From Octopus vulgaris (taxonomy: Eukaryota), in contig OX597821.1 in NCBI GenBank assembly GCA_951406725.2, positions 77,996,001 through 78,060,000 on the forward strand: DNA of 64,000 nucleotides, in the 5' to 3' direction. Positions 1 through 13,700 of the stretch are shown here, one piece after another. Position numbers and translations under genes: made by a program. Below the pieces are notes generated by a model that saw only the letters and a program-made list of their open reading frames with translations, was not told the DNA's origin and did no database searches. The number at the start of each line of letters is the position of its first letter. The first letter of the stretch is position 1.

Positions 1-239
1 TAATCAATGAGTTAAAAATTTTCTGGTAATGTGTCACGGCGCCATTTTGTTTTTTACGCCGACGTTGCTTACTTCATTTGAAAGGAAGAAAATCATTGAT
101 TCTTTGAATTCATGAGGTTTATTGAATCTATTTATATGGAAAACAAAATTTAAATATAAAAAGTATAAAACAAATGCGATAAAATATGGTGTGACGTTTC
201 CTAAACACGTCTATTACATTGGACAGATGCAGTGTTACC

Positions 240-360
240 AGAAGAAAAATTTCTGTCATAACAAGGAACACATTTGTTATATAATTTTACTTACGTCTAA
301 TGAGCCCTCATTATCCACAAGAACTTCATTTTTTTTTTTACCCCGGTTCGCCGATCCCTG
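240..360 (-). mobile_element. Left end of a hAT-type MITE (same family as 17224-17559)
   Basis: Reverse complement CAGGGATCGGCGAACCGGGGTAAAA...GTAAGTAAAATTAT...TGTGTTCCTTGTT aligns with the start of the 17224 element. Confidence 0.65.
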
Positions 361-825
361 AAGTAGATGGTGATGCACACTTGCCTCATCTCACGTGTCT
401 TTGAATAAAATAAACTGTTGAATGATTTCTGTTCGACCGTGTCTGCCAAAAATTCTAATTTCATCTTACCTGCGTGGTCAAAATACTTTAGATCTAAAGC
501 AATTAATTTTGGCAACAACATTTTTTAATACCCAAATCTTTTATCTGTTCTATTTATAACAGAATCTCCGGATACTAGAAAATATTTAACGAAGACTTCT
601 TTCGTGCATCAACTAATCTTTTTCTCGTCTATGATTCATTATAGCCTCTTTGTCTTTTACGTTCCTTGCACTGCTTCTATTCTGTGTTTACATTTTTGAG
701 GCAGCTTGGTTGATCCACTCTTCCTTTGTTTGAATTGAGACATTCTTAAACTTATCTCGTACGTTTTTCATAACTTTTACAAAAAGCAGAATCAGATGAG
801 AAGCCGTTACCTATCTTGATTGTTA

Positions 826-1124
826 TTTGTTCCTTCTCGAGCCATGCCTGACTAATAAAGGGCGGTTTCCCGGTTTCAATGGCATGTAGGTTCCTCATCT
901 GAACGGGACGCCGGTCCATCACAGGTGAGCTGCTAGATGCAAGAGGAAAGAGTGAGAGAAAGTTGTGGCGAAAGAGTCAGCAGAAATTCGCCATTACCTT
1001 CTGCCGGAGCCGCGTGGAGCTTATGTGTTTCGCTCATTAACACACACATTGCTCAGTCTGAGATTCGAACCCACGATCCCTTGTCCACGAGTCCACTGCT
1101 CTAACCACTAGGCCATGTGCCTCC
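826..1124 (-). mobile_element. tRNA-derived SINE (tRNA-Arg-like head, octopus OR-like)
   Basis: Minus strand starts GGAGGCACATGGCCTAGTGGTTAGAGC...GGGTTCGAATC (A and B boxes); head and central domain are shared with 28785-29176. Confidence 0.8.
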
Positions 1125-1816
1125 GTACCTTGATTACATTTTTGTAATTCTTTGGATGAGCAATACTCGCAGAAATTCCAAAGTGTTCTTGAAAATTGTG
1201 AGGTGGTTGGGGGTTTATTGAGAAGCATGACATATCTTTTGCATGTTTCAGTAACTGAACTGCAGCCATGCTGGGGCACTGCCTTGAAGTGTTTGGTCGA
1301 AAAAATCGACCCTTCTACTTAATTTTTAAAACCTGGCTCTTATTCTGTTGTTCTCACTTATTGAACCGCTAAGTTACCGGGACGTAAATACTCCCACACC
1401 GTTTGTCATGTGGGGCAAACAAAGGCACAAGGACACACACACACACACACTCACAAACAAACAATCATAAGCACACTTTCACAAACACACATACACACAC
1501 AAACTAAAGTCAACTAAAGTCAAAATTTAATTATGTACACAGCGGAATAAAGGATGCAGCTTCTTTAACTTTGGTTTAGAATCCATATATTTCACCCAAC
1601 ATGGTGCTTGCTCCATCGTAAGACTGACTGTAACACAATTATAGAATCCCTTGACATTTTGACTGATGGAAGTTAAAAGTTCTTCCTCCAAGCAATTCAC
1701 TGAATTGTATAAATCGTTCCCCGGAACTGCAGTTTATGACTATATATCGCAGACGTAAAGAAAATTAAGCTGCACCAACAGCAGAGTCAACAATTGTTGC
1801 AAGGTACTTAGTCACT

Positions 1817-2202
1817 TATTTTCATTGTACCTCGGAAGGGTCATATGCCAAAATAAGCACACGCACCAATTGTAGTTCACTTCTTTTATTATTATTAGTC
1901 AATTGATTAACCATTTAACATATTAACTAATCGATTGTTTGATTAATCATTCGATCAATTAATCAAGCAGCTAAGTTTGTTAAAGACTCGGAATAGAGAG
2001 GATATGTCATTGATGAGTTTGCGAATGGCGACGAAAGGGTTTTGAATAAAAAAAACCCTAATTGATTGATTGAACGATTAACCGAAACGTTCAATTAGTG
2101 AAGTGGTTCAATAGTTAATTGACAAATAATAACAGAAGTGAAATAAAATCAGTGCATGTGTTTATTTTTGGCATAATGACCGTCCCCAAGATAAAACAAA
2201 AT
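1817..2202. mobile_element. Degenerate fold-back / long-TIR MITE
   Basis: 1817-1965 is an imperfect reverse complement of 2060-2202 (e.g. GGTCATATGCCAAAATAAGCAC vs GTGTTTATTTTTGGCATAATGACC). Confidence 0.65.
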
Positions 2203-3599
2203 GTGTTTCAACACATGAGTTCACATTAAGAAACGAAATACAAAAACTTAATATTCTAAACTTTGTCACTTTTTTCCCCCCAGCTATTATAATTGTTAGA
2301 AAACGGTTTAAGTATTGAATCAGATGTTTTTGTATGTCAGAGCAGAGGTATCTTTCATTTCTGTCGCTGAATAACTGTTAACTAAATTGCACGGAAAAAT
2401 TGTCTTCATTTGTACTTGATAAACCCAAACCTTGATGTCGGTGATTATCACAGAATGCCAATCTCTATGTTCCCCATCTAGAAAGCTGCATCTACATACA
2501 ATACAGATTAGAATCATCCTCGTACTATCTTTTACATTTCTGCCGCTATAAGGCCAACGAAAAACAATTGTGCCATTTAAGAAACGATGTATGATAAGGA
2601 AGAAGTGCTCTCCATATTTTTTTTCATCGATTTTCTTTTTCTTGTCAGATTTGTATATACTTTTACTATATAAACTGCAGGTTATATATTAAAGGAATAA
2701 CCGCCTTAAGGCATGGACACACTGAGAAATTTCCCAGGGAACTCGCGAGTCTAGGGCCCAATTCTAATCTATGTATGAGGTGGTTTAGTGTCAATAAATA
2801 CTACAGGGCCGAAAATTGATTTTCCCGAGGGCCTACAATGCTGTTAATTAAAATACCATCTCCGAGACTGTTCCTGTTAAAAGAAATCCGCAAATCAGTT
2901 GCAGTTTGATTTTGAAGTTTCTCTTTTTTAAGTGGGTTTACTGTGCGTTCACACACAAACCTAGAGCATATCTGCGACTGCTTACCTACTATTATCTAAG
3001 ACTAAAAGGTAACGATAGCTTGGTATGGTTGGGTCTGACGCCTAATCTAAATGCAGATTCCGGCCTCTGATCCACAGGCGTGCTGTTTTTGTCTTTCCGA
3101 TCGCTACGATAATGGCCCCTGCTCCTCAGAGCTTTCTGATCAGAGCAAACTAATCCGTCAGGTACTCACTCGTCTCTCCACTTGTGATCATACTTATTAT
3201 ACCTACTCTCCACCACCAACTCAGCCACTATAACTACCATATCCAGTCCTATCTCCCCAGAAATTCTCCCCCTTGAATATTCTCGCTCGTCTTTCCTGTC
3301 GCTGTTGATCATCAACAATTTAAGGGGGATATTATCGGCATGTGTGTGTGTATGTGTTACTATCCTCACATCGCTTGACAACCGGTGCTAGTTTGTTTAC
3401 GTCCTTCTTTCTTAGTTGGGCAAAAGAGGCCGATAGAATAAGAACTGGACTTAAAAAAAACAAACAGGTGCAGGGGTAGATTTGCTCAACCAAAGCCTTC
3501 AAGGCGGTGCCCCAGCTTGGCCGTATACTAATGACTGAAACGAGTAAAAGTTAAAAGATAAAAGTTGCTTGACAATAGCCTAGATGCGTCTGTTTAGCC

Positions 3600-4120
3600 C
3601 AGGGGTAGCGAAACTTTCTTGTGCGACGGGCAAACATTTCCAAAGATAACGGTCCGCGGGCTGATCACAAGTTCTAATTCTTATATTTGTGCAGATCTTG
3701 TATATATCTCTGTATAATTCGATATATAGTTCAACACGTTAAATTAACGTGTAACATCTGCATCAACGCCACCACTTTATATTATGACGTTTATATTACT
3801 TATGAGGTATTCTTTATTGACCAGCTAGAGTGTAGTTGGGTCACAAAGGGGTGATATAAACATAGCTATATGTGTTTTATAGGGAAAACAAAATTTCCAT
3901 TCAAATGGCAATTACCGGACGATTTTCTGTTCGAGTTTAACCGTTTTAAGTCGTAGTGGAAACGCGACCTTTGTCGCAAATAGGCATACGAATATTGTAT
4001 GAATAATATAATTGAAAAATTTACTATATTCTGTACATACGAGTGTACCAGCCTACAAGCGCAATACAAATAGGCTCGCGGGTGCAATTGCGCCCGCGGG
4101 CGGGGGTTTCCCCACCCCTG
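3600..4120. mobile_element. Non-autonomous hAT (Charlie-like) element
   Basis: TIRs CAGGGGTAGCGAAAC / GTTTCCCCACCCCTG (13/15); 8-bp flanks GTTTAGCC / GTTTAATT. Confidence 0.75.
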
Positions 4121-4297
4121 GTTTAATTGGTCGACTCCTAGAAAAGCAACTTGAGTTAGCAGTCCCATAGGAAGAAGTCAGTCGGCTGTTGTGTATAATT
4201 TTTGTTCTTTTAATTCATAAAGCTTCATAGAGTAAGATTTCAACTATTTTTACACATTCACGAAATATCCTTCGTTAACATACCGAAGAATTTATGA

Positions 4298-4936
4298 TCA
4301 CACACACACACGCATATGTACATGTATGTGTAAGTATATATGTGTATATACATATACATATATATACTACATATACGTTACATACATACACACACACATA
4401 AATACATACATATACATTACATACACACACATATATATGTATATATATGTACCTCTCTAGCAGTATATTGGATATATGTTATCCCATGGTGGGTTGAATT
4501 TTCAACCCTATCTCATTTTATATATACATATATATATACATATACAGACATATACATACACACACATAAATACATACATATACATTACATACACACACAT
4601 ATATATGTATATATATATACATATATATATACACATATACAGACATATACATACACACACACATAAATACATACATATACATTACATACACATACATATA
4701 TATGTATATATATATAAAATTAATTAAGGGTAGAAATTGATATTTATCAATTAAAACCAGTGGTCTAGCATATTAAAAAAGAATCCGAAGATTAAAATAT
4801 TTATATATACCAATTAAGGTCTGAATACGAAAAGTGGACAGTCAACATGCTAGATATAGACGTCAAATCGCCATTCTCCACAAAAGATTATGTTCTCAAA
4901 TCAAACTCATCATCATATGTATATATATATATATAG

Positions 4937-4967
<31 letters not shown>

Positions 4968-5048
4968 CACATATACATACACACACATATATATATTTAT
5001 ATATATATATACCACGTATACATTACATACATACATGCATACACACAC

Positions 5049-5079
<31 letters not shown>

Positions 5080-5269
5080 TACAGACATTTATATATATAT
5101 ACTACATATACATTACATACATACACACACACATAAATACATATACATTACATACATGCATACACACATATATGTATATATATATATATATATACATATA
5201 CAGACACATGCATACATACACACACATATATTTATATATATATACTACATATACGTTACATACACACAC

Positions 5270-5300
<31 letters not shown>

Positions 5301-5395
5301 TATACAGACATATACATACACACACACATAAATACATACATACACACATATATGTATATATATATATATATATATACATATACAGACACATACAT

Positions 5396-5432
<37 letters not shown>

Positions 5433-5547
5433 CTACATATACGTTACATACATACACACACATAAATACATACATATACATTACATACATACACACATAT
5501 ATGTATATATATATATACATATACAGACACATACATACACACACATA

Positions 5548-5588
<41 letters not shown>

Positions 5589-5690
5589 TACATATACGTT
5601 ACATACATACACACACATAAATACATACATATACATTACATACATGCACACACACACACATATATATATATATATACTTATACAGACACA
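4298..5690. repeat. Compound (TA)n/(CA)n/(TACA)n microsatellite with higher-order repetition
   Basis: Recurring blocks such as TACTACATATACGTTACATACATAC and TACATATACAGACA; interrupted by non-simple inserts at ~4451-4518 and ~4718-4915. Confidence 0.95.
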
Positions 5691-6308
5691 TTAGTCACGT
5701 GCAAATAGTACAAATAATCTAAGTAAAACATCTCAACTACAGCAGAGAGAGACCAAAACCTATTCAACAATATGAACAAAAAAGAAAAAGTTGAATGAAC
5801 CGGTGTCGTCGGATGTCAATTTCCACGCATGCTCAGTGACGTTACTGATCAGCAAAGTGTAACCCACACTTTCTCTTTATTTATACATATTTCTCCAAAT
5901 AATAACCGATCGTGTAATTTCTCCATATGGCCTGCAGTTGCCATGAATTAACCATTTGTTTTAAAGTTGTTCATGGAGTACACGTTTAAGATGTTATGCG
6001 ACTGTAAACAATTCATTATGGTTGTATTAAACCCAACCTGGAAGTTGTAACGGTGACTCATTATCGCATTTCCTCGTTCATTCTTCTATCCCGCTGCAAC
6101 TAGATCCGTGACATTTATTATTATCGCTGTGTTTCGATAGCAGACTTTAAACATTCAATTAATTAATTATTATCATTATTATTACTGCTACCGAAAACAG
6201 AAACAATAACTCGATTTGTCAAACACTGCTCAACTCAAGCAGTTCTCTTTTAAATCGGACTCCCCCCTCCTCAGTTCCATCTCAAAGTCTAGTCATGGAA
6301 TATTCAAG
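5690..6308 (+). promoter_or_regulatory. Candidate Keap1 promoter / non-coding first exon
   Basis: Non-repetitive, CpG-retaining sequence. E-box CACGTG at ~5696, near-palindromic CRE-like CAGTGACGTTACTG at 5834-5847, FoxO-like TGTAAACA at 6003, AP-1 TGACTCA at 6054, and a strong donor AAG|GTAGGT at 6308. The link to Keap1 is inferred. Confidence 0.4.
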
Positions 6309-6770
6309 GTAGGTATTCCTCTGTTAAATACTTTTCCCTCTCTTTCTCTCTCTCAAAGTAATTCCTCTTTGCAGAGTTGCGTTGGCAGGCTGCATTACCA
6401 TACTCACAGACAGTATACTCCTCCTACAACATATTTCCTACTAATACATATTCCTAGTATGCTTATAGTAGTGACTATTCATGTGCATGCACAAATATAA
6501 ATGTACATATGTAATATTAAAAAACAAACTAACCAAAACAAAAAAAACACTTGTTTTCTTATTCAAAGTAATGTCCTTAATATTTAAACATTTATAATTA
6601 ATTTACAACATGTAGGGATATGTTTGCATTTTTAATATCTTTTTACATCCGAGCTAGTAGACCAAATGTGCCACGCATGCATCTATCTATCTATCTATAT
6701 ATATACTCGCGCGCACTCACATACACACGATATATAGTTTAATATTTGTGAGTTCTTTCGCTTTAGATCT

Positions 6771-6772
6771 TG

Positions 6773-6825
<53 letters not shown>

Positions 6826-7050
6826 GTCTGTGTCTTTCTGTCTGTCTGTCTGTCTTTCTATCTTTCTGTCTGTCTTTCTATCTATCTGTCCGTCCGTCCG
6901 TCTATCTATCTATCTATCTATCTATGTCTGTCTGTCTTTCTATCTCTGTCTGTCTGTCTTTCTGTCTCTCTGTCTGTCTTTCTTTCTATCTCTCTGTCTG
7001 TCTGTCTTTCTATCTATCTGTCCGTCCATCTATCCATCTATCTATCTATC
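6771..7050. repeat. (TCTA)n/(TCTG)n tetranucleotide microsatellite
   Basis: Direct reading. Confidence 0.95.
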
Positions 7051-10000
7051 TAATTGGTCCGGGAACGAAGCGCAGTGTCAATCGCTTTTCCCCCAGTTTG
7101 GGGTACTGTATTTAACTCTTTACCTTTTCTTCCATATTTCTAAATAATTGTCTATAACCGTTGATTATTGTCAATGTCAGTTTTCTCAGGTTGAGAGAGA
7201 CTTCGCACTTTAAAATGTCACATCTCTTGAAATAAATGAAGACAGGACGAACTTGAACGATTTTTTGACGATTAAGCTAAGGTTTATGGGAAACATGTCG
7301 AAGACCTTTAAACTTTAGTCATCACTGCATCGTAATTGTTTTATAGTTAAAAATAATAAATTGTGTACACTGTAGGAACTTGAATGGGTGCGTGTGTAAT
7401 TGCCATCAGTTTTGATATTAAAGACATTCCCTTTTTGGAAGTTTCTGGAAAGATTTCATTAAGTCTTTTCCTTTCATGTCATTCCAGTTCTTTTAAAATG
7501 ACGTGATTTGTCAGTACTTGTCTCGGCAGGGTACTGTCATTCTTTCAACAACCCAGAAAATGGATAATAACTACATGTCATGTAGTTTTCTCCTTTTAAC
7601 GGTCTGCTTTAGACAATAACACCTTCTTGGATGTCTTCGGCTGCCAAATAACACCCGATCTCTAAAATTAATGTCTGTTTAGTCTTATATCCTTATTGAT
7701 ACGTGTTGCATTGCTGTGAACTCTTGGGAAATCATTCCTCATTTACGCTTCTTTTGTTGCATGAGCTTGTAATCCAAATATTCTTTGAATCTTTTATTTG
7801 CGCCACGATTCGCAACTCTCACATCCACTTTGACACATACACACACTACACTGCATTGTGTAGAAGAGAGAGAGAGAGAGAGAGGGTGTATGTAAAGTCT
7901 AAAGTACTATTTATACGGTTGTAGTTGCCCACACGGCGCACCGTTGTATATTATCCACAAGCGTACAGAACACGGTGGCTAATGACATTCATAAAATACG
8001 TTCACACAATACAGATTTTTAGTATTGTCTTTCGTGTTAAAAAATAAATAAAATAATTCGTGTCTGTGATCAAGCTGTCACAACTTGTTGAGTTGAGCAC
8101 TCCTCACCATTTTCAGACTTAAGTAGTAGTAAATCAGTCAGCTGTTAGCTACGCGCTCTTTCCTTTCTCTTTACGTAGGCTTACGTACACACACTAACAT
8201 TCACATCAGCATTTCCTCTTGTAATCTTGACTAATTTTATCATATTTCCTCTACGTTTCATCGCTATTTTCCTCATTTCCCTCCGTGATTAACTCTACGC
8301 TCGCATCCCAGAATGTACGCGCAGGAAATCCAAATGAGATATATATTTATAAAAAGCTAATATTTCTTGTTTGCTTGAGGTCTGCAGCAATATGCATCTC
8401 TGATTTTAAACTTTGCATATGTGCAAGTTAAAACATCTAAAATTGCTTTAGTTTGCAAAGACGAAATGATGTAATGCGGACATATTGTTCCCAGATTTTT
8501 GCATTGATTTTACAGAAAGAACTCCGTTGGTACATGTTATTACCCATGCCATTATCTGGTGTTCTTCCTCGAAAGCAAACCACCCCCGTATTGACGCAAA
8601 ATAATTTATATTTAATTTGTGCTACATGAAAACTTCCGTGATTTTTCTAATGTCTGAATAAGCTGGAGTCCTATTTAAAAAGTATTCTCTCCCAGGGTTT
8701 CAATATATATTATTACCAGTTAAGTAAGGTTTGGAAATATACATGGGAATTGTCAGAAAAACATTTTTTTCTTGTATTACAATCAAATTCTATTCCAAAA
8801 TGCTAAGCTATGCCAACTAGGAATTAAGACAGTCCCTATGTTTGGTTGTTATGCAAATTGCATAAGCTTTGAGGATAAGTTTGAACCGATGACCTTGTAG
8901 TCAGGCCCTTCAATATCTCCCTCTTAGCCTTCTGTTCATAGCTGCTTTTGTTAACTACTTTTGTCTAAGTTTTCTTCTTGTCCACACAGATTATTACTGT
9001 GCTGTGCTGGTATCATGTATAAAGCACCCAGTACACTCTGTAAAGTGGTTGGCATTAGAAAGGGCATCTAGCTGTCGAAACTGTGCCAAAACTGACAACT
9101 GGAGTTTGGTGCAGTTCTCTGGCTTGCCAGCTCCTCTCAAACTGACCAACCCATACCAGTATGGAAAACAAACATTAGATGCTGATGATGACGGGTCTGG
9201 CATGATTGTGTGGTTAAGAAGTTAGCTTCCCAACCAGATGGTTCTAGGTCCAGTCCCATAGCATGGCACTATGGGCAAGAGTCTTCTACCATACAGCTGG
9301 GCTTACAAAAGCTTTGTGAATGAATTTTCTGACAAAAATTGAAAGCAGAGTTGCTTGTTGTGCGTGCGTGTGTGTGTATATTTGTCTCTTTGTTTTAGCA
9401 GTGCATGATTGTTGTAAATGAATGTTGTCCATTTCCAATATTCTATGAAAACATGCCTAGCCAGGAGGAAATATTTACCTTGCTTGAAAATGGGTAAGTG
9501 TAGATGATACGAAGGGCATTTGGCCATAGAAAACCTGTCTCAATAAACTCTATCTGACCATGCATCTCCAATATGCTTGTTTATTCTTGTGCTGACAAGG
9601 AAATTTGTATATCACTCGCAGACAACCTATAGCCCTGCTTACTTTCATTATGACTCAATTCCTATAGCCTATTGGTTACAAAAATGTTTGCCTATACCTG
9701 CTCTTACTTGACCTGATAGAAATAGCAGCCTAAATTTCCTTCAAACCATACTCAGCCTTCATAAAAATGAGCATTTTGGATGATATACTCTGGGTGATGT
9801 TATTTCTGACAATCTGATTGGATGGTCATGTCTTGACTACCTTTTGATCATAGGTCTGTCTGTCTTGATAACCATTGATTTGGTGTTAAAGAAAATTGGT
9901 TTGTCTATGCTTTGTCAAGTAATTCATCCCTGTCATCCTCATCATTTAACGTTCATTGTCCATGCTGGCATGGGTTGGACAATTTGACCAGAGCTGGCAA

Positions 10001-10829
10001 GCTGGGGAGCTGCACCAGATTCCAGTCTGATTTGGCATGGTTTCTATGGCTAGATGCCCTTCCTGATGCCAACCACTTTACAGAGTGTACTGGATGCTTT
10101 TACGTGGCACTACACGGGCACTTTTTATTTCCATGTTCTGATATAAACTTGGGACTTCAGAATTTTAACACTCTGCATTTGAAACTTTGCAATGGATCTT
10201 TCTACAGCCCTTATTACTGCTTCACCTGTCTCTAACCTCTGTCACGTTAATCTGCTTTTATAGTATTAATAATTGATGGTGTTGCTGCTACACCAGTCAT
10301 GGCAGCCACACAGTTCTAATAAGCTATGAGCCACTGAGGGAATTTATATGTGGTTGTTTGGCCTGCTTAAAAATAGCAGCCAAATTACACACACACACAC
10401 ACTTATACATACAGTGCATTTTAAAAAAGGAAGGATTCATTGAGGGCAAAGTCCTGAAAATAAGACTAGATGGTCACAGTTGGATGATATTTGATCAAAG
10501 ATCTATTCAATCAAGGCTGACCTAGGGTTAAATAACAATAACCAAAGCTTTGCTAATTGACTGTTTATGAAAAAGATTAGCTAATGTAATCATTGTTAGA
10601 ATGGCTTTGATCATTGATCATCTCCATCAGAGCTGACCTACGGCTAAATAATTAACTAAACTTGATTAGTAGTTATCTTGATGGCTATCCAGAAGTTTTT
10701 AGTATTTCTTCAACTGTTGCTGGTGCTGCTCCTACAGCACCACTATCACTTGTGGCACTGGAGGGTATTCTTGATTTAATATTTGAACCAAATATTAAAT
10801 TAACCGAAATTGAACTAAATCCTATGACT

Positions 10830-11288
10830 GGCACCCGGCCGTTGTCAGTGCTGCTGGACTGACTTCTGTGCAAGTGGCAAGTAAAGAAACACTGTTTCGA
10901 CCCTGTTATTGAGGAGACCTATTGAGTCAAGTATATCAACATAAAAAATGGAAATTGTAGTTGTGATCCCTGTGCTGGTGGCACATAAAAAGCACCATCC
11001 GAACGTGGCCGATGCCAGCGCCGCCTTGACTGGCTTCCGTGCCGGTGGCACGTAAAAAGCACCAACCGATCGTAGCCATTGCCAGCCTCGCCTGGCACCT
11101 GTGCTGGTGGCATGTAAAAAACACCCACTACACTCACGGAGTGGTTGGCGTTAGGAAGGGCATCCAGCTGTAGAAACACTGCCAGATCAGATTGGAGCCT
11201 GGTGCAGCCTCCTGGCTTCCCAGACCCTGGTCAAACCGTCCAACCCATGCTAACATGGAAAACGGACGTTAAACGATGATGATGATAA
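10830..11288 (+). mobile_element. 5'-truncated RTE-clade LINE 3' end with tandem 3'UTR modules and (ATG)n tail
   Basis: TGGCACGTAAAAAGCACC modules, GGAAGGGCATCCAGCTGTAGAAA and CCAACCCATGCTAACATGGAAAACGGACGTTAAACGATGATGAT. Nearly identical to 45345-45744. The same 3' end follows an RTE ORF C-terminus at 39027-39600. Confidence 0.8.
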
Positions 11289-12525
11289 TGTGTTACAATG
11301 AAAGCATCAACAATGATAGTCTGAGATGAAATAATGTTTTAGGTGTTTCCTAAAGCTAAGTCCAAGGCAACAGCTTGGCTGAGCCATTAGCATGTCAGAT
11401 ACAATGCTTAGCAGCATTTTCTTCTGGTTCTTACATCACCGCCATCATCATCATCATATGTCTGTTTTCCATGCTGACATGGGTTGGATGGTTTGAGAGG
11501 TGCTGGCGAGCTGTAGGGTTGTACCATCTATGTATGGATGCTTCTCCTCTCACTCTTACGCACCCTGTGCCCTCCAGTCCTTGTCCAATGCCGATTCTTT
11601 CCCTGCCACCTCAACAATGCTATCGCAACCACATTAGCGTGCATGTGTTACACCCGCATGCATAGATACCAGAAGCATACATATGTACACACACACACCA
11701 AACAAACGCATGCTATATATATATATATATATATTCTTCCAGACAAACATGTTCTCACATGCATGTGTATATATCAGGCACTAATGCACATATATGCACA
11801 CACACACACACACACAGTCTCTCTCTCCCTCTCTTTCTCTCGCTTTGGCCTTGCTTCTGTCAGCTTCTCAGACAGCAAGACACCAAGCAGTTCAAAATAT
11901 TTTCCTTTCCGATGCATATAGTGTTGCTGAAATGCCAATCTTGCCCCCAAAACCACCATGTGACCTGCCTTGACCAAAGCAACCCATTTTCCAGTAGCCA
12001 CTTGGACTTCCTGTGTTCCTCCATTCGATAATCTTAGCCTGAATGAATCAGGTTTCTATTAGAAACCTGTGAAATTTTTTGCTGTTGAGAGCCAAATCAA
12101 ACTTTTAAATAATAATAATAATAATAATAAATCAGACATAATTTTCTTATGGTTTCTTAAACATTCTCTAGAACAACACTATGTACAAAACCAAATATAT
12201 GGCACCCTAACCATAACACCAACATGAACTTCCAACTTGTTGTCTCTTGAGGTCTCTGGGTGAGACTTGGAGTCAGCTTGTACAAATGTAAGCAAAAGTC
12301 AAACATAAAATAATAATAATAATAATAATAATAATATTGGTGTTAGGAAGGGCATCCAGCTGTAAAAACCATGCCATATGAGATTGGAACCTGGTGCAGC
12401 TCTCCAGCTTACCAGTTTGTCAAACCATCTAATCCCTGCCAGCATGGAAAGTAAACACTAAATGAATAATAATAATATTAATAATAATAATAATAAATAT
12501 ATATATTTATATATATATATATGTA

Positions 12526-12905
12526 CTAGCCGTATTGCCTTGTGTAGCTCGGGTTTGTTTCGATCCTTTAGAATTGGAATTTTTGAAAAGTAAAAATTCT
12601 GCATTATGTAGCTTGTTTTTCTCTTTAAGTGAACATTTTTCTGGTTGAAATACACCGTAATATGGCGACACAGCAGTAAAAAAGTCATTAAAAAATAGGG
12701 ATTTTCATAGGAAAAAAAGCACCTTTTTGATGTAAATAATTTTTGGTGTTAATCTGGTCCGATTCTATGGATGGAAGAGCAAGCCTTCTTCTATCATGCT
12801 CTCAATTTTGGTCAACTTGCACTGCAGGGTCTCGGAATGAGATTGTGTTAGTTGAAGGCTACCAAACCTGCCATAAACAGACAACTTAAGCTTTATATAT
12901 ATAGA
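12526..12905 (-). mobile_element. Non-autonomous Helitron-like element
   Basis: Minus strand 5' TCTATATATATAAAG ... subterminal GC hairpin remnant ... CTAG 3'; inserted at an A|T site in (TA)n. Confidence 0.65.
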
Positions 12906-13334
12906 TATATGTACACATGGCAGGTGTATACATTAACACATTGGTGATTAAAGTGTTAGTCTTTCATGCTTTAAGTATGTAAATAATATCAAGACAACCC
13001 TCACATACGTGCATGTGTCTATATATGCATTATGTATGTTCTTGAAGCATGACTGACAGTGCGGGCATCAATGGGTGAATGTTTACATTTGTACAAAGGC
13101 TGTGAAGATGCACCCAACTATTTGCATAGTTTGTCATTCAATGACAAACTATGCAAATGACAATGTTGAAATACATTCCTTATTTGGAAACAAGTAAAGG
13201 TTGGTGACAAGAAGAGCATTCAATAGTAGAAAGCTGCCTTAACATTTCTCGTGTAACCGACGCAAGCCTAGAAAAAGCAGATGTAAATATGAAATGATTG
13301 TGATAGAATTCAAATTTCAAATGTAAAATGTTTG

Positions 13335-13497
13335 AGGCACAGGAGTGGCTGTGTGGTAAGTAGCTTGCTTACCAACCACATGGTTCTGGGTTCAGTTCCA
13401 CTGCGTGGCACCTTGGGTAGGTGTCTTCTACTATAGCCTCGGGCCGACCAAAGCCTTGTGAGTGGATTTGGTAGACGGAAACTGAAAGAAGCCTGTC

Positions 13498-13547
<50 letters not shown>

Positions 13548-13700
13548 TTGTGTGTCTGTGTTTGTCCCCCCCAACATCGCTTGACACCCAATGCTAGTGT
13601 GTTTACGTCCCCGTAACTTAGCGGTTCGACAAAAGAGACTGATAGAATAAGTCCGGGGGTCGATTTGCTCGACTAAAGGCGGTGCTCCACCAGTAAAAGA
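13335..13700 (+). mobile_element. tRNA-derived SINE family B (full length, internal TA/TG microsatellite)
   Basis: Head GGCACAGGAGTGGCTGTGTGGTAAG...GGGTTCAGTTCC and CCTTGGGTAGGTGTCTT core. Other copies at ~26110-26527(-), 42950-43330(-), 43350-43743(-), 49410-49800(-), plus many partials. Confidence 0.85.

Noticed and set aside
297-780. Minus-strand ORF fragments as a transposase or host gene
   Set aside because: No recognisable motif, several stops, and partial overlap with a MITE end.
4340-5620. Long ORFs of Y/I/H/T or C/V/M/Y (also 6748-7147, 27371-28544, 33657-34073, 55305-55631)
   Set aside because: Translations of stop-free microsatellites.
10662-10873. Opposing ORFs with Ala/Thr/Ser-rich peptides
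   Set aside because: They run into an RTE fragment, and lack splice support and domain similarity.
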